Positions 1 through 8,004 of a stretch of DNA of 28,737 bases are shown here, piece after piece. The notes under the pieces were generated by a model that saw only the letters and a program-made list of their open reading frames with translations, ran no database searches and was not told the DNA's origin. A program made the position numbers and the translations under genes. Numbering within the stretch: the first letter of the stretch is position 1; every line of letters starts with the position of its first letter. The stretch comes from an uncultured Candidatus Saccharibacteria bacterium (GTDB lineage Bacteria > Patescibacteriota > Minisyncoccia > UBA6257 > JAUSGH01), in assembly GCA_964359435.1 (NCBI GenBank), contig CAYHSY010000002.1, positions 1 to 28,737 on the forward strand. The letters are read 5' to 3'.

Positions 1-71
1 TGCGCTGTTTTTATGGAGTGTTAAACGCGCGATTGTATCATATGAAATTATTCGCCGTCGTTCATGAGAGC

Positions 72-113
72 CATAGAACCAAAAAGCCCCTTACGGGGCT
101 TTTTGGTTCTATG
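72..113. terminator. Perfect 19-bp hairpin, probable bidirectional intrinsic terminator
   Basis: CATAGAACCAAAAAGCCCC-TTAC-GGGGCTTTTTGGTTCTATG; GC core flanked by A-run and T-run. Confidence 0.6.
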
Positions 114-193
114 AAATTTTGTTTCTTTCCGAAGGCCAGTCTTGCCTCCGTATATTAATTAAACCCTCTATATCGGTATTTGGTTTCATCAAC

Positions 194-222
194 ACAAAAG
201 CCCCTTTTACAGGGGCTTTTGT
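194..222. terminator. 12-bp hairpin related to the one at 72-113
   Basis: ACAAAAGCCCCT-TTTAC-AGGGGCTTTTGT; shares the AAAAGCCCC..TTAC..GGGGCTTTT core. Confidence 0.55.
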
Positions 223-396
223 CTATGGGAAATAAATCATCCGGTCGCGTGAGTTTTATTCTCATGCGCCTCACGGAGAACCCATCTCAAAAATAATCTC
301 GGCTTGGGAGTATTTTTGAAATGAGTTCTCATATACAACCCCGGCTTGACGTTTTTGGTTTCATGGGTTGAGAAGCATTGTTAATATGGGGTTAAG

Positions 397-507
397 TTAA
401 TTCAGCCCATGGCATCCTTTGGGGACTAAAGGCGAAGTGCAGCCCTCGTTACCAGCCGGAGGCACGAGGGCGAAACGGTTCCCGAAGGATGCCATGGGCT
501 GAATTAA
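397..507. repeat. 111-nt long inverted repeat (structured RNA or MITE-like element)
   Basis: Perfect 23-bp arms at 397-419 and 485-507, extended by 7 pairs including two G-U; internal 8-bp stem 442-449/464-471. Confidence 0.75.
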
Positions 508-579
508 ACACAAGCGCTTGCTTTTTTTGTTGGGATGCTCTAATATCAATAATACAAATTTACTTCCGCGCGATTTATT

Positions 580-1839
580 ATGATCAGCCGTCAAAAATCC
601 ATTGTTGTGTTTACCATAGTCATGCTTTTGGCTATTATGGCTGCTCTATTCGTCTACCCGAAATATCTGGGTAGTCGGTTGCGTCCTTGGCGATTGGGGC
701 TGGATTTGGTGGGTGGGTCTCACTTGGTGTATGAAATTGATATGTCGGCAATCGGGGACGCCGATAAAGACCTGGTGGCCGGCGGCCTCCGGGATGTCAT
801 CGAAAAACGTGTCAACCTTTTTGGGGTCTCCGAGCCGCAGGTGACCATTTCCAATCGCGGCGATTCTTATCGTTTAAACGTGGAGTTGGCCGGTATTAAA
901 GATGTTAAAGAGGCCATTCGCCAAATTGGCGAAACGCCGCTTCTGACTTTTTCTGAAGTTGAATTTAAAGAAGGGGACAAAGAGCCCAAGTTTACTGCTT
1001 CCGCCTTGACCGGTCGGTATGTTGAAAGGGCGCAATTAACTATTGATAATGTGGTCGGACGTCCGCAGGTGTCGCTGGAATTCAATAGCGCGGGTGCCAC
1101 GTTGTTTGAAGAACTGACGGCCAAAAACATCGGCAAACCGATTGCCATTTTTTTGGACGGCGACTTGATTGAAATGCCGGTTGTCCAGGAGCGCATCGGC
1201 GGCGGCAAAGCGCAGATTACCGGCCAATTTACTTTTGAAACTGCCCGTAAATTGGTGGAAAGATTCAACGCCGGGGCTCTGCCGGCGCCAATTACGTTAA
1301 TCGGTCAAAGTACTGTTGGCGCGTCCCTTGGGGCCGATTCATTAAAACGCGCTCTTTTGGCGGGTCTAGTCGGCACCTTGGCGGTTATGCTTTTCATGAT
1401 CGGCTATTACAAGGTCCTGGGTTTTTACGCGTCATTGGCCTTGTTGGTTTATACTTTGTTGACTACCGCGATTTTCAAGCTCTTCGGAGTTACCATGACT
1501 TTGGCCGGTATTGCCGGCTTCATTCTTTCCATTGGCATGGCGGTGGATGCCAACATCTTGATTTTTGAACGCGCCAAAGACGAACGCAAAAAAGGCGTTT
1601 CCAAATTTGGCGCTTTGACCGAAGGTTTTCATCGGGCCTGGCCGTCCATCCGCGATTCCAATATCAGCACCATGCTCACGGCCGTCATCCTTTATTATGC
1701 GACCAGCGGTTTTGTGCAGGGCTTCGCTCTGACGCTTTTGATGGGCGTTGTGATGAGCATGTTTTCTGCCATTACCGTCACCCGCGCTATTATCGGAGTT
1801 TTCGCCCGTCGTGAAGCCCCGGTTAACCCTAAACCCTAA
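580..1839 (+). CDS. secD: Protein translocase subunit SecD
   Basis: LGLDLVGGSHL motif, DVIEKRVNLFGVSEP, six TM segments, AVDANILIFER; adjacent to secF. Confidence 0.97.
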   Translation: MISRQKSIVVFTIVMLLAIMAALFVYPKYLGSRLRPWRLGLDLVGGSHLVYEIDMSAIGDADKDLVAGGLRDVIEKRVNLFGVSEPQVTISNRGDSYRLNVELAGIKDVKEAIRQIGETPLLTFSEVEFKEGDKEPKFTASALTGRYVERAQLTIDNVVGRPQVSLEFNSAGATLFEELTAKNIGKPIAIFLDGDLIEMPVVQERIGGGKAQITGQFTFETARKLVERFNAGALPAPITLIGQSTVGASLGADSLKRALLAGLVGTLAVMLFMIGYYKVLGFYASLALLVYTLLTTAIFKLFGVTMTLAGIAGFILSIGMAVDANILIFERAKDERKKGVSKFGALTEGFHRAWPSIRDSNISTMLTAVILYYATSGFVQGFALTLLMGVVMSMFSAITVTRAIIGVFARREAPVNPKP

Positions 1840-1859
1840 ATCATATTTTCCATTCATTT

Positions 1860-2768
1860 ATGAATATCATTGGACACAAATACACCTATCTGACGTTTTC
1901 CGGAGCGCTGATTGTTGTAAGTATCGCGGCCATCGCCGTTTTCGGTTTGAAATTGGGCATTGATTTCACCGGTGGCACTCTTTGGCAGATTGGTTTTGGG
2001 GGCGAGGCGCCAGCCGCCGCGGATTTACGGGCTTCGTTGGATAAGGCCGGCCTCAAAGATGCGGCAGTGGTTTTTGAGGCGGAAAGCTCCGGCGCGCTTA
2101 TCAAATCCAAAGAGATGAGCGAAGCGGACCATGTCGGTTATTTTAATGAACTTCGAAAAGGTTTTCCTAAGCTGGAAGACCTCCGTTTTGAAAGTATCGG
2201 CCCGACTGTCGGCGGAGAATTGAAACGTCGCGCCATTTGGGCGTTCATTTTTGTGGTTCTGGGCATTTCATCTTATATTGCCTTCGTTTTTCGCAAGGTC
2301 TCGCGCCCGGTATCTTCTTGGAAATATGGCATCATCACGCTCGCCACTCTTTTCCACAATGCCGTTATTCCCACCGGCCTTTTGGCCTTGCTGGGCAATT
2401 TGACCGGCGCGGAAGTTGATACTAATTTCGTAGTCGCTATTTTAGTAGTCATGGGTTTTTCGGTTCATGACACCATTGTGGTCTTCGATCGAATTAGGGA
2501 AAATTTGCGTCTGGAGCGCAGCTTCCGTTTCGATTTTTCGTCCTTGGTCAACAAAAGCGTTAATGAGACCATTGCGAGGTCAATTAATACTTCGCTGACT
2601 TTGGTATTTATGCTACTGGCCCTCTACTTGCTTGGTTCGGCCAACTTGTCTTATTTTGTGCTGGTCATTTTGGTTGGCACGGTCTTTGGCACCTATTCCT
2701 CCATATTCGTCGCGAGCCCCCTATTGACTTTGTGGAATAAAAATGATTATAATGTAAATAATAGATAA
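1860..2768 (+). CDS. secF: Protein translocase subunit SecF
   Basis: LGIDFTGGT, HDTIVVFDRIREN, TIARSINTSLT motifs. Confidence 0.97.
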   Translation: MNIIGHKYTYLTFSGALIVVSIAAIAVFGLKLGIDFTGGTLWQIGFGGEAPAAADLRASLDKAGLKDAAVVFEAESSGALIKSKEMSEADHVGYFNELRKGFPKLEDLRFESIGPTVGGELKRRAIWAFIFVVLGISSYIAFVFRKVSRPVSSWKYGIITLATLFHNAVIPTGLLALLGNLTGAEVDTNFVVAILVVMGFSVHDTIVVFDRIRENLRLERSFRFDFSSLVNKSVNETIARSINTSLTLVFMLLALYLLGSANLSYFVLVILVGTVFGTYSSIFVASPLLTLWNKNDYNVNNR

Positions 2769-2830
2769 AATCACATTCTTATCCATTATTCAAGGTTCGG
2801 CAGTAAATATTAAAATATTATAAAAATTAT

Positions 2831-3874
2831 ATGAAAATAGTCGTGGACAAATTGGTTGCGGGGTTCCTTGCTGGCCTGCCTAAGCGTCAGCAAGATGTTT
2901 TGGAAGGTCGGTATGGTCTTAAAAACGGTCGGGATATGACGCTCGCCGCGTTGGGTGACCGTTATGGCGTCACTCGTGAGCGCATCCGCCAAATTCAGAA
3001 TTTGAGTTTGGACGATATTAGGTCCAAGTCCGATAAAAACGGCTTGGCTAACTTTGCCGTCTTGGTTGCCGGCCACATGGATTCATTCGGCGGACTTCGG
3101 CGCGACGATATGTTGATCTCTGATATCGCCGGTTTGACCGAAGATAGGGGTGATAAGGCCACTTTCCCCAACCGGATCCGTTTTCTTTTGGAGGCGTCCG
3201 ATAAAGTCAATTATCATCCGGCCGACAAGGACAACAATGCTTTCTGGTATAGGAATAGCCAGGATGTGTCCCGCGCCGAGAAATTTATCGGTACTTTGGT
3301 TGTTTCTCTGTCTGATAATAAAGACGCGGTTTTGACCGGTAAGAAATTTGACGATTATTTTGCCGACGAAGCCAAAAACTCCGGCCTTCGCGATATGGTC
3401 GCCGGTAACTTTGTGGCCATCTCCCGCCAGTTCATGGCCAACCATTACGGGGACATGGGCCTTTCCGCTTGGTCCGAGATTAACCCCAAGACCTCGCGCG
3501 ACTATGCCTATCTGGTTCTAAAGAAAGAAGATAAACCGTTGCATTTCACCGCCATTGCCTCGCGGATCAATGATGTCCGTCGCCACAAGAAAACCAATTA
3601 CCAGACCGTTCACAACGAACTCATTAAAGATGAACGCTTTGTATTGGTTGGCCGCGGTATCTATGGCCTAAAAGAATTCGGCTTGATGGCCGGGACTGCC
3701 AAAGAAGTGATGTCCGTGATTTTGAAGCAGCATGGGCCTCTCCGCAGTCGCGACTTGGTTAAACTGGTTTTGGAAAAGCGTATTTTTAAAGAAAATACCC
3801 TGCTTCTTAATCTGCAGAACAAGAGCCACTTCAAACGCTTGGAAGACGGCCGTTACTTTCTTAAAGAAGTGTAA
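2831..3874 (+). CDS. Sigma70 region-4 HTH protein with C-terminal winged-HTH (RNAP delta/HARE-HTH-like) domains
   Basis: N-terminal DVLEGRYGL..MTLAALGDRYGVTRERIRQI matches sigma 4.2; C-terminal YLVLKKEDKPLHFTAIA..TVHNELIKDERFVLVGRGIYGL; no sigma region 2. Confidence 0.75.
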   Translation: MKIVVDKLVAGFLAGLPKRQQDVLEGRYGLKNGRDMTLAALGDRYGVTRERIRQIQNLSLDDIRSKSDKNGLANFAVLVAGHMDSFGGLRRDDMLISDIAGLTEDRGDKATFPNRIRFLLEASDKVNYHPADKDNNAFWYRNSQDVSRAEKFIGTLVVSLSDNKDAVLTGKKFDDYFADEAKNSGLRDMVAGNFVAISRQFMANHYGDMGLSAWSEINPKTSRDYAYLVLKKEDKPLHFTAIASRINDVRRHKKTNYQTVHNELIKDERFVLVGRGIYGLKEFGLMAGTAKEVMSVILKQHGPLRSRDLVKLVLEKRIFKENTLLLNLQNKSHFKRLEDGRYFLKEV

Positions 3875-3887
3875 ACTGAATACACTA

Positions 3888-3924
3888 ACACCCTCGACGC
3901 CTAGGTCGGGGGTGTGTTGTTTTT
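3888..3924 (+). terminator. Putative intrinsic terminator
   Basis: ACACCCTCGAC-GCCTAG-GTCGGGGGTGT stem followed by GTTGTTTTT, just after the stop at 3874. Confidence 0.55.
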
Positions 3925-3983
3925 GGGCCCGTGATATAATAGAAATATAGTTATTTTCGCCCGAGTTTTTTTAATCTTTATAT

Positions 3984-5324
3984 TTGATCATGTTTGGACT
4001 TGATCCGCTTTTTGCCCAAATCGTTGATGCTTTGCGCGATGCTCTTTATATTGCGGTGGAAATATTCAAGGCCACTTGGTGGTTTTGGCTGTGGGTGGTG
4101 CTCCTGCCATTATTCCGTGACGCTTGGCTTTTTTGGCGGCAGGAGTTGTTTCGCCGTAGTCAGAAATATGCTTTTTTGGAAATCCTCATACCCAGGGAAA
4201 TTCTTAAGGGCCCGCGAGCCATGGACCAGGTTTTTCAGGCCATCCATGCGCTCACCAATCAGCAAGGTGATTTTGAGGAACAATATCTGGATGGTGAATT
4301 GCCCCGTCCTTTCAGCTTCGAAATCATTTCTTTTGGCGGTGAAACTCATTTTTATATCCGCGCGTATCATAAAATCAAGGGACTGATCCAATCTTCGTTT
4401 TTAGCTCATTATCCGGACGTCGAAGTGGTTGAGGCGGAGGATTATATGAGCAAACTGCCGCGCTCTCTGGAAGAGTTGTCTTCCAAAAATTACGAGATGT
4501 ACGCGACCGAACTGGTATTAAACCGTCATCCCATTTTTCCGACGCGTAGCTACATTGATTTTGAGACAGCGGCTGAAGAACTTCAAGTTGACCCCATTGG
4601 CACCATATTGGAAGTTATGGGCAAGCTCAAGAAAGATGAGTTTATTGGGGTTCAGATCAATTGCCAAAAAACCTTCGATCCTAAATGGGGTCGCGGAAAA
4701 GACGGAGCTTTGAATGATCCTAAGGCGGACAGGATTTATAAACAACTTCGCGAAACCAGCAAGTACGATCCGACAACCGGCATGTGGACTTATGATACCC
4801 GCTCCAAACGCGAACAGCAGGTCTTGGAGGCGGTTGATAGAAACATCGCCCTGCCGGCTTTCGATACTATTGTTCGGCTGATGTACTTCTCTCCGCGCAG
4901 CGTTTTTTATGACAGTTTCCCTCGCCGTGGCATCATCGGCGCTTTTAACCAATATAGCGCGGATGACATGAATAGTTTTCGGCAAAACTTCGGCGTGATG
5001 ACTCTTACTAAGCTTTTGTTCAAGCCGTATATTTTTCCACGGTATCGGGCGATCATTAGAAAAAAGAGAATCCTTCACTATTATCGCGAACGCGTGATTC
5101 CCCAGCCAACCAGAACCGGCCGCCTCATGAGGAATAATATGTTTGGCTGGGATCAATCCGAATCAATAATTCTAAGCTCGACTGTTTTGGCGACGCTTTT
5201 TCATCCGCCCATGAACGTGGTTTTGACGGCGCCGCACTTGCGTCGGTCCGAGAGCAAGAAAGCCGGGCCTTCTTCCGGTTTGCCCATATATGGCGAAGAA
5301 AAATCCCTCGAAAAGTTCCAATAA
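3984..5324 (+). CDS. Conserved hypothetical membrane-anchored protein, resembling the N-terminal module of CPR VirD4-like coupling proteins (start TTG 3984 or ATG 3990)
   Basis: N-terminal TM segment; FLEILIPREILKGPRAMDQVF, FSFEIISFGGETHFYI, LATLFHPP motifs; upstream of a VirD4-like ATPase. Confidence 0.65.
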   Translation: MIMFGLDPLFAQIVDALRDALYIAVEIFKATWWFWLWVVLLPLFRDAWLFWRQELFRRSQKYAFLEILIPREILKGPRAMDQVFQAIHALTNQQGDFEEQYLDGELPRPFSFEIISFGGETHFYIRAYHKIKGLIQSSFLAHYPDVEVVEAEDYMSKLPRSLEELSSKNYEMYATELVLNRHPIFPTRSYIDFETAAEELQVDPIGTILEVMGKLKKDEFIGVQINCQKTFDPKWGRGKDGALNDPKADRIYKQLRETSKYDPTTGMWTYDTRSKREQQVLEAVDRNIALPAFDTIVRLMYFSPRSVFYDSFPRRGIIGAFNQYSADDMNSFRQNFGVMTLTKLLFKPYIFPRYRAIIRKKRILHYYRERVIPQPTRTGRLMRNNMFGWDQSESIILSSTVLATLFHPPMNVVLTAPHLRRSESKKAGPSSGLPIYGEEKSLEKFQ

Positions 5325-5330
5325 AGCCAA

Positions 5331-5447
5331 TGCAAAAATCAAATATTAAAAATCAAACTGACAAATAATAAATCAAAATTTTAAAATCATCCCGATGTCC
5401 ATCGGGATACCATAATTTTGAACTTTGAGTTTTACATTTTGAATTAA
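5331..5447. repeat. AT-rich intergenic element with AAATCAAA/TTTTGAA repeat arms and a central 9-2-9 palindrome
   Basis: Three AAATCAAA copies on the left, TTTTGAA/TTTGA copies on the right; ATCCCGATG-TC-CATCGGGAT at 5389-5408. Confidence 0.65.
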
Positions 5448-5454
5448 TCTTATT

Positions 5455-6081
5455 ATGCCCCCTCCCCCCCCAAAAAAACCAGTCGAACCGCCTAAGGATT
5501 ATTGGTTTGAATTCATGATTCTGATACTTTTTATCGGCGTTTTTGGCGTCGCGTTGCTGGTCCTGGTATATACGCAGTTATCGGGACTTAAAGAAGTCGT
5601 CCTTGATATCTTGGATCAGTTCGTTAAGCCGGTTTTTTTGGTGCTTGATGCGGTCATCCTGGTCGGCTTTATTTATGTATTTTACGAAGGTTCTAAATTG
5701 CGTCCGTTGTACAGCATTTTTGAAGAGCCGATTCCGGGTGAAAAACCCAAGGGCGGCAAGGATCCGGAAATTGCCAAACGTTGGGCGCATATTTTGGAGC
5801 GTGCCGCTAAAGGCGATCATGGCGATTTACGTTTGGCGATGATTGAGGCCGACGCTTTGGTGGATGCTTGCCTAAAGCAGGCCGGCTATCAGGGTGAACA
5901 CATGTCCGACCGGCTTTCGCAAATCGATCCCCAAGAAATCGGCAGTTTACAAATGCTCTGGCGGGCGCACAAATTAAGGAATGATATAGTACACACCCCC
6001 GGTTTTATAATTTCCACCGATGAAGCGCGGATCGCGTTGAAATCATTTGAGGTCTTCATGACCGACCTCGGCGCCCTATGA
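5455..6081 (+). CDS. Hypothetical membrane protein (two TM segments, C-terminal helical domain)
   Basis: 208-aa ORF; LAMIEADALVD..LKQAGYQGEHM.DRL..AHKLRNDIVH; ATGA overlap with the next gene. Confidence 0.7.
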   Translation: MPPPPPKKPVEPPKDYWFEFMILILFIGVFGVALLVLVYTQLSGLKEVVLDILDQFVKPVFLVLDAVILVGFIYVFYEGSKLRPLYSIFEEPIPGEKPKGGKDPEIAKRWAHILERAAKGDHGDLRLAMIEADALVDACLKQAGYQGEHMSDRLSQIDPQEIGSLQMLWRAHKLRNDIVHTPGFIISTDEARIALKSFEVFMTDLGAL

Positions 6082-7469
6082 CGGACAATAAAATCCAAAC
6101 TATAAAATACGCGCCGCCTCCGCCGGAGTTGCCGGTTTTGGGCAAAGTGGATTCGCGCGATGTTTCTTTCGTCGGCCGCACCAATTACGTCGCGGCGCTG
6201 GAAGAAAAGAAATTTATTTTCGGCATCAATCGCGCCGACCGGCGGCGCCATCTTTACATCATCGGCAAAAGCGGGGTGGGGAAGTCCAAACTGCTGGAGC
6301 TTTTGGTGCGCCAGGACATCGCCTTTGGCCACGGCCTGTGTTTTTTGGATCCGCACGGCGACGTGATCGAGACCATTTTGGATTTTATTCCGGAAAATCG
6401 CATTAACGACGTGGTGTTGATTGATCCGTCCGACAACAAGTTTCCGGTGGCCTTCAACCCGCTCGCGAACGTCGATCCCAACTTCAAGCATCAGTTCGCC
6501 CAAGGCCTGATCGAAGTAATGGAAAAACAATTTGGCGCCAACTGGACGCCCCGTTTGGAACACGTTTTCCGTTTTACGACCCTCGCGCTTTTGGATTATC
6601 CCAAAGCTACCATGCGCGGGTTGATTTCCATGTTAACGGACCGGCAGTATCGCCAGGAGGTGATTGAATATATTCAGGACGACATGGTGAAGCGCTTCTT
6701 TGCGATTGAGTTTGCCGATTGGTCAGAGAAATTTGACACGGACGCCATCATCCCATTGGTCAATAAGCTCGGCCAGTTTTTGTCCGACCCGATGCTCCGC
6801 AACATTTTCGGCCAGACGGAAAACAAAGTTGATTTTGAAAAACTCATCAACGAAAAAAAGATCGTGTTGATCAATTTGGCCAAAGGCAAAATCGGCGAAG
6901 AAAACTCCAGCTTTTTTGGTTCCATGTTCATTACCAAAATCAAGCAGGCCGGCATGGCCCGCGCGCATCTGCGCGAAGACGAGCGTCAGGATTTTTATCT
7001 CTATGCCGACGAGTTTCAAAACTTGGTTACGGAAACCTTCGAAAATCTTTTGTCCGAAGCGCGCAAATATGGTTTGGCTCTGACAGTGGCCCATCAATAC
7101 ATGGGCCAGCTTTTGCCCGGCGTCCGGGCGGCTGTTTTGGGGAACGTCGGCTCGCTGGTGGTTTTCCGCGTCGGCGGCGCGGACGCGGAAGTGCTGGAGT
7201 CCGAAATGGCGCCCATTTTCAAGGTCAAGGACATGATCAATTTGGGTCGTCAGGAATTCTATATCAAACTCATGATCGACGGCCAGTCATACGACCCGTT
7301 TTCCGCCGAAACATTGAAGGTTTTGCCGCCCAACCACCCGCCATATCGCGACCGCGTCATCTCCACTTCCCGCGCTAAATACGCCGTCCCGTTAGCGGAA
7401 TCCCATCGCGACGACAAACTCTCCCGCCCGCCAGAAAAAGCCGCCTCTCCCCCAGAACCCCTGATTTAA
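6078..7469 (+). CDS. VirD4/TraD/HerA-like P-loop ATPase (type IV secretion coupling-protein family)
   Basis: DRRRHLYIIGKSGVGKS Walker A, LDPHGD, LYADEFQN Walker B, LSEARKYGLALTVAHQY. Confidence 0.88.
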   Translation: MTDNKIQTIKYAPPPPELPVLGKVDSRDVSFVGRTNYVAALEEKKFIFGINRADRRRHLYIIGKSGVGKSKLLELLVRQDIAFGHGLCFLDPHGDVIETILDFIPENRINDVVLIDPSDNKFPVAFNPLANVDPNFKHQFAQGLIEVMEKQFGANWTPRLEHVFRFTTLALLDYPKATMRGLISMLTDRQYRQEVIEYIQDDMVKRFFAIEFADWSEKFDTDAIIPLVNKLGQFLSDPMLRNIFGQTENKVDFEKLINEKKIVLINLAKGKIGEENSSFFGSMFITKIKQAGMARAHLREDERQDFYLYADEFQNLVTETFENLLSEARKYGLALTVAHQYMGQLLPGVRAAVLGNVGSLVVFRVGGADAEVLESEMAPIFKVKDMINLGRQEFYIKLMIDGQSYDPFSAETLKVLPPNHPPYRDRVISTSRAKYAVPLAESHRDDKLSRPPEKAASPPEPLI

Positions 7470-7473
7470 AAAA

Positions 7474-7502
7474 TTGCAGTATTGAAATATTTTTGTTATA
7501 AT
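7474..7502 (+). promoter_or_regulatory. Sigma70 promoter for hicBA
   Basis: TTGCAG-17 nt-TATAAT with TGn extension. Confidence 0.6.
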
Positions 7503-7512
7503 TACCAATAAT

Positions 7513-7764
7513 ATGGGCAGAATTCAAAAAGTTAGCCGGGTTTTAAATTTCAACGCTGTTTTCGTGGAAGAAAAAGACGGCGGTTTTAGCGTTTCGGTCC
7601 CGGCTCTTCCCGGCTGTTTTTCTCAAGGCGACAACTTCGAAGATGCTCTGAAAAATATTAAAGAAGCCATCGAGCTTTATTTGGAAGACGAGCCAAAATT
7701 GGTCAAAGAAAAGAAATCCGGTGGCCGCGAGTTTGTGGTACCTATTGAGGTTTATGGGCGATAA
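7513..7764 (+). CDS. hicB: HicB-family antitoxin (short form lacking a DNA-binding domain)
   Basis: EEKDGGFSVSVPALPGCFSQGDNFEDALKNIKEAIELYLE. Confidence 0.9.
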   Translation: MGRIQKVSRVLNFNAVFVEEKDGGFSVSVPALPGCFSQGDNFEDALKNIKEAIELYLEDEPKLVKEKKSGGREFVVPIEVYGR

Positions 7765-7987
7765 ATTGCCGCAGATATCGGGTAAAGAAATGGGTCGCGC
7801 GCTGGGGCGACTCAATTTTAATTTCAAAAGCCAAAAAGGTAGTCATATGAAATTTGAAAGAAAAGAAACTGGGTATCCCAGAGAAGTCATCACTATCCCC
7901 AATCATCGTGTTCTCCGCAAGGGCACGTTAAATAATATTTTGAAAAAATTAAAAATTGATATTCAAAAACTGAAAGAATTGCTTTAA
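7754..7987 (+). CDS. hicA: HicA-family toxin (start revised to ATG 7754)
   Basis: KLPQISGKEMGRAL..SQKGSHMKF..ITIPNH..LRKGTLNNILK; overlaps the hicB stop. Confidence 0.9.
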   Translation: MGDKLPQISGKEMGRALGRLNFNFKSQKGSHMKFERKETGYPREVITIPNHRVLRKGTLNNILKKLKIDIQKLKELL

Positions 7988-8004
7988 CGGGAGACAGTTT
8001 TCAT

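Noticed and set aside
427-477. Twister or hammerhead ribozyme call for the inverted-repeat loop
   Set aside because: The resemblance is partial: twister P1 and T1 do not pair, and there is no CUGANGA for a hammerhead. Kept only as a hypothesis to test.
2831-3874. Primary or ECF sigma factor
   Set aside because: Only region 4 is recognisable; region 2 is absent.
5464-5478. C8-A7 homopolymer as a phase-variation or frameshift site
   Set aside because: The frame is intact and the run is explained by Pro-Pro-Pro-Lys-Lys codons; read-level indel data would be needed.
3984-7469. Integrative conjugative element
   Set aside because: No integrase, relaxase, VirB4, oriT or att sites in the window.
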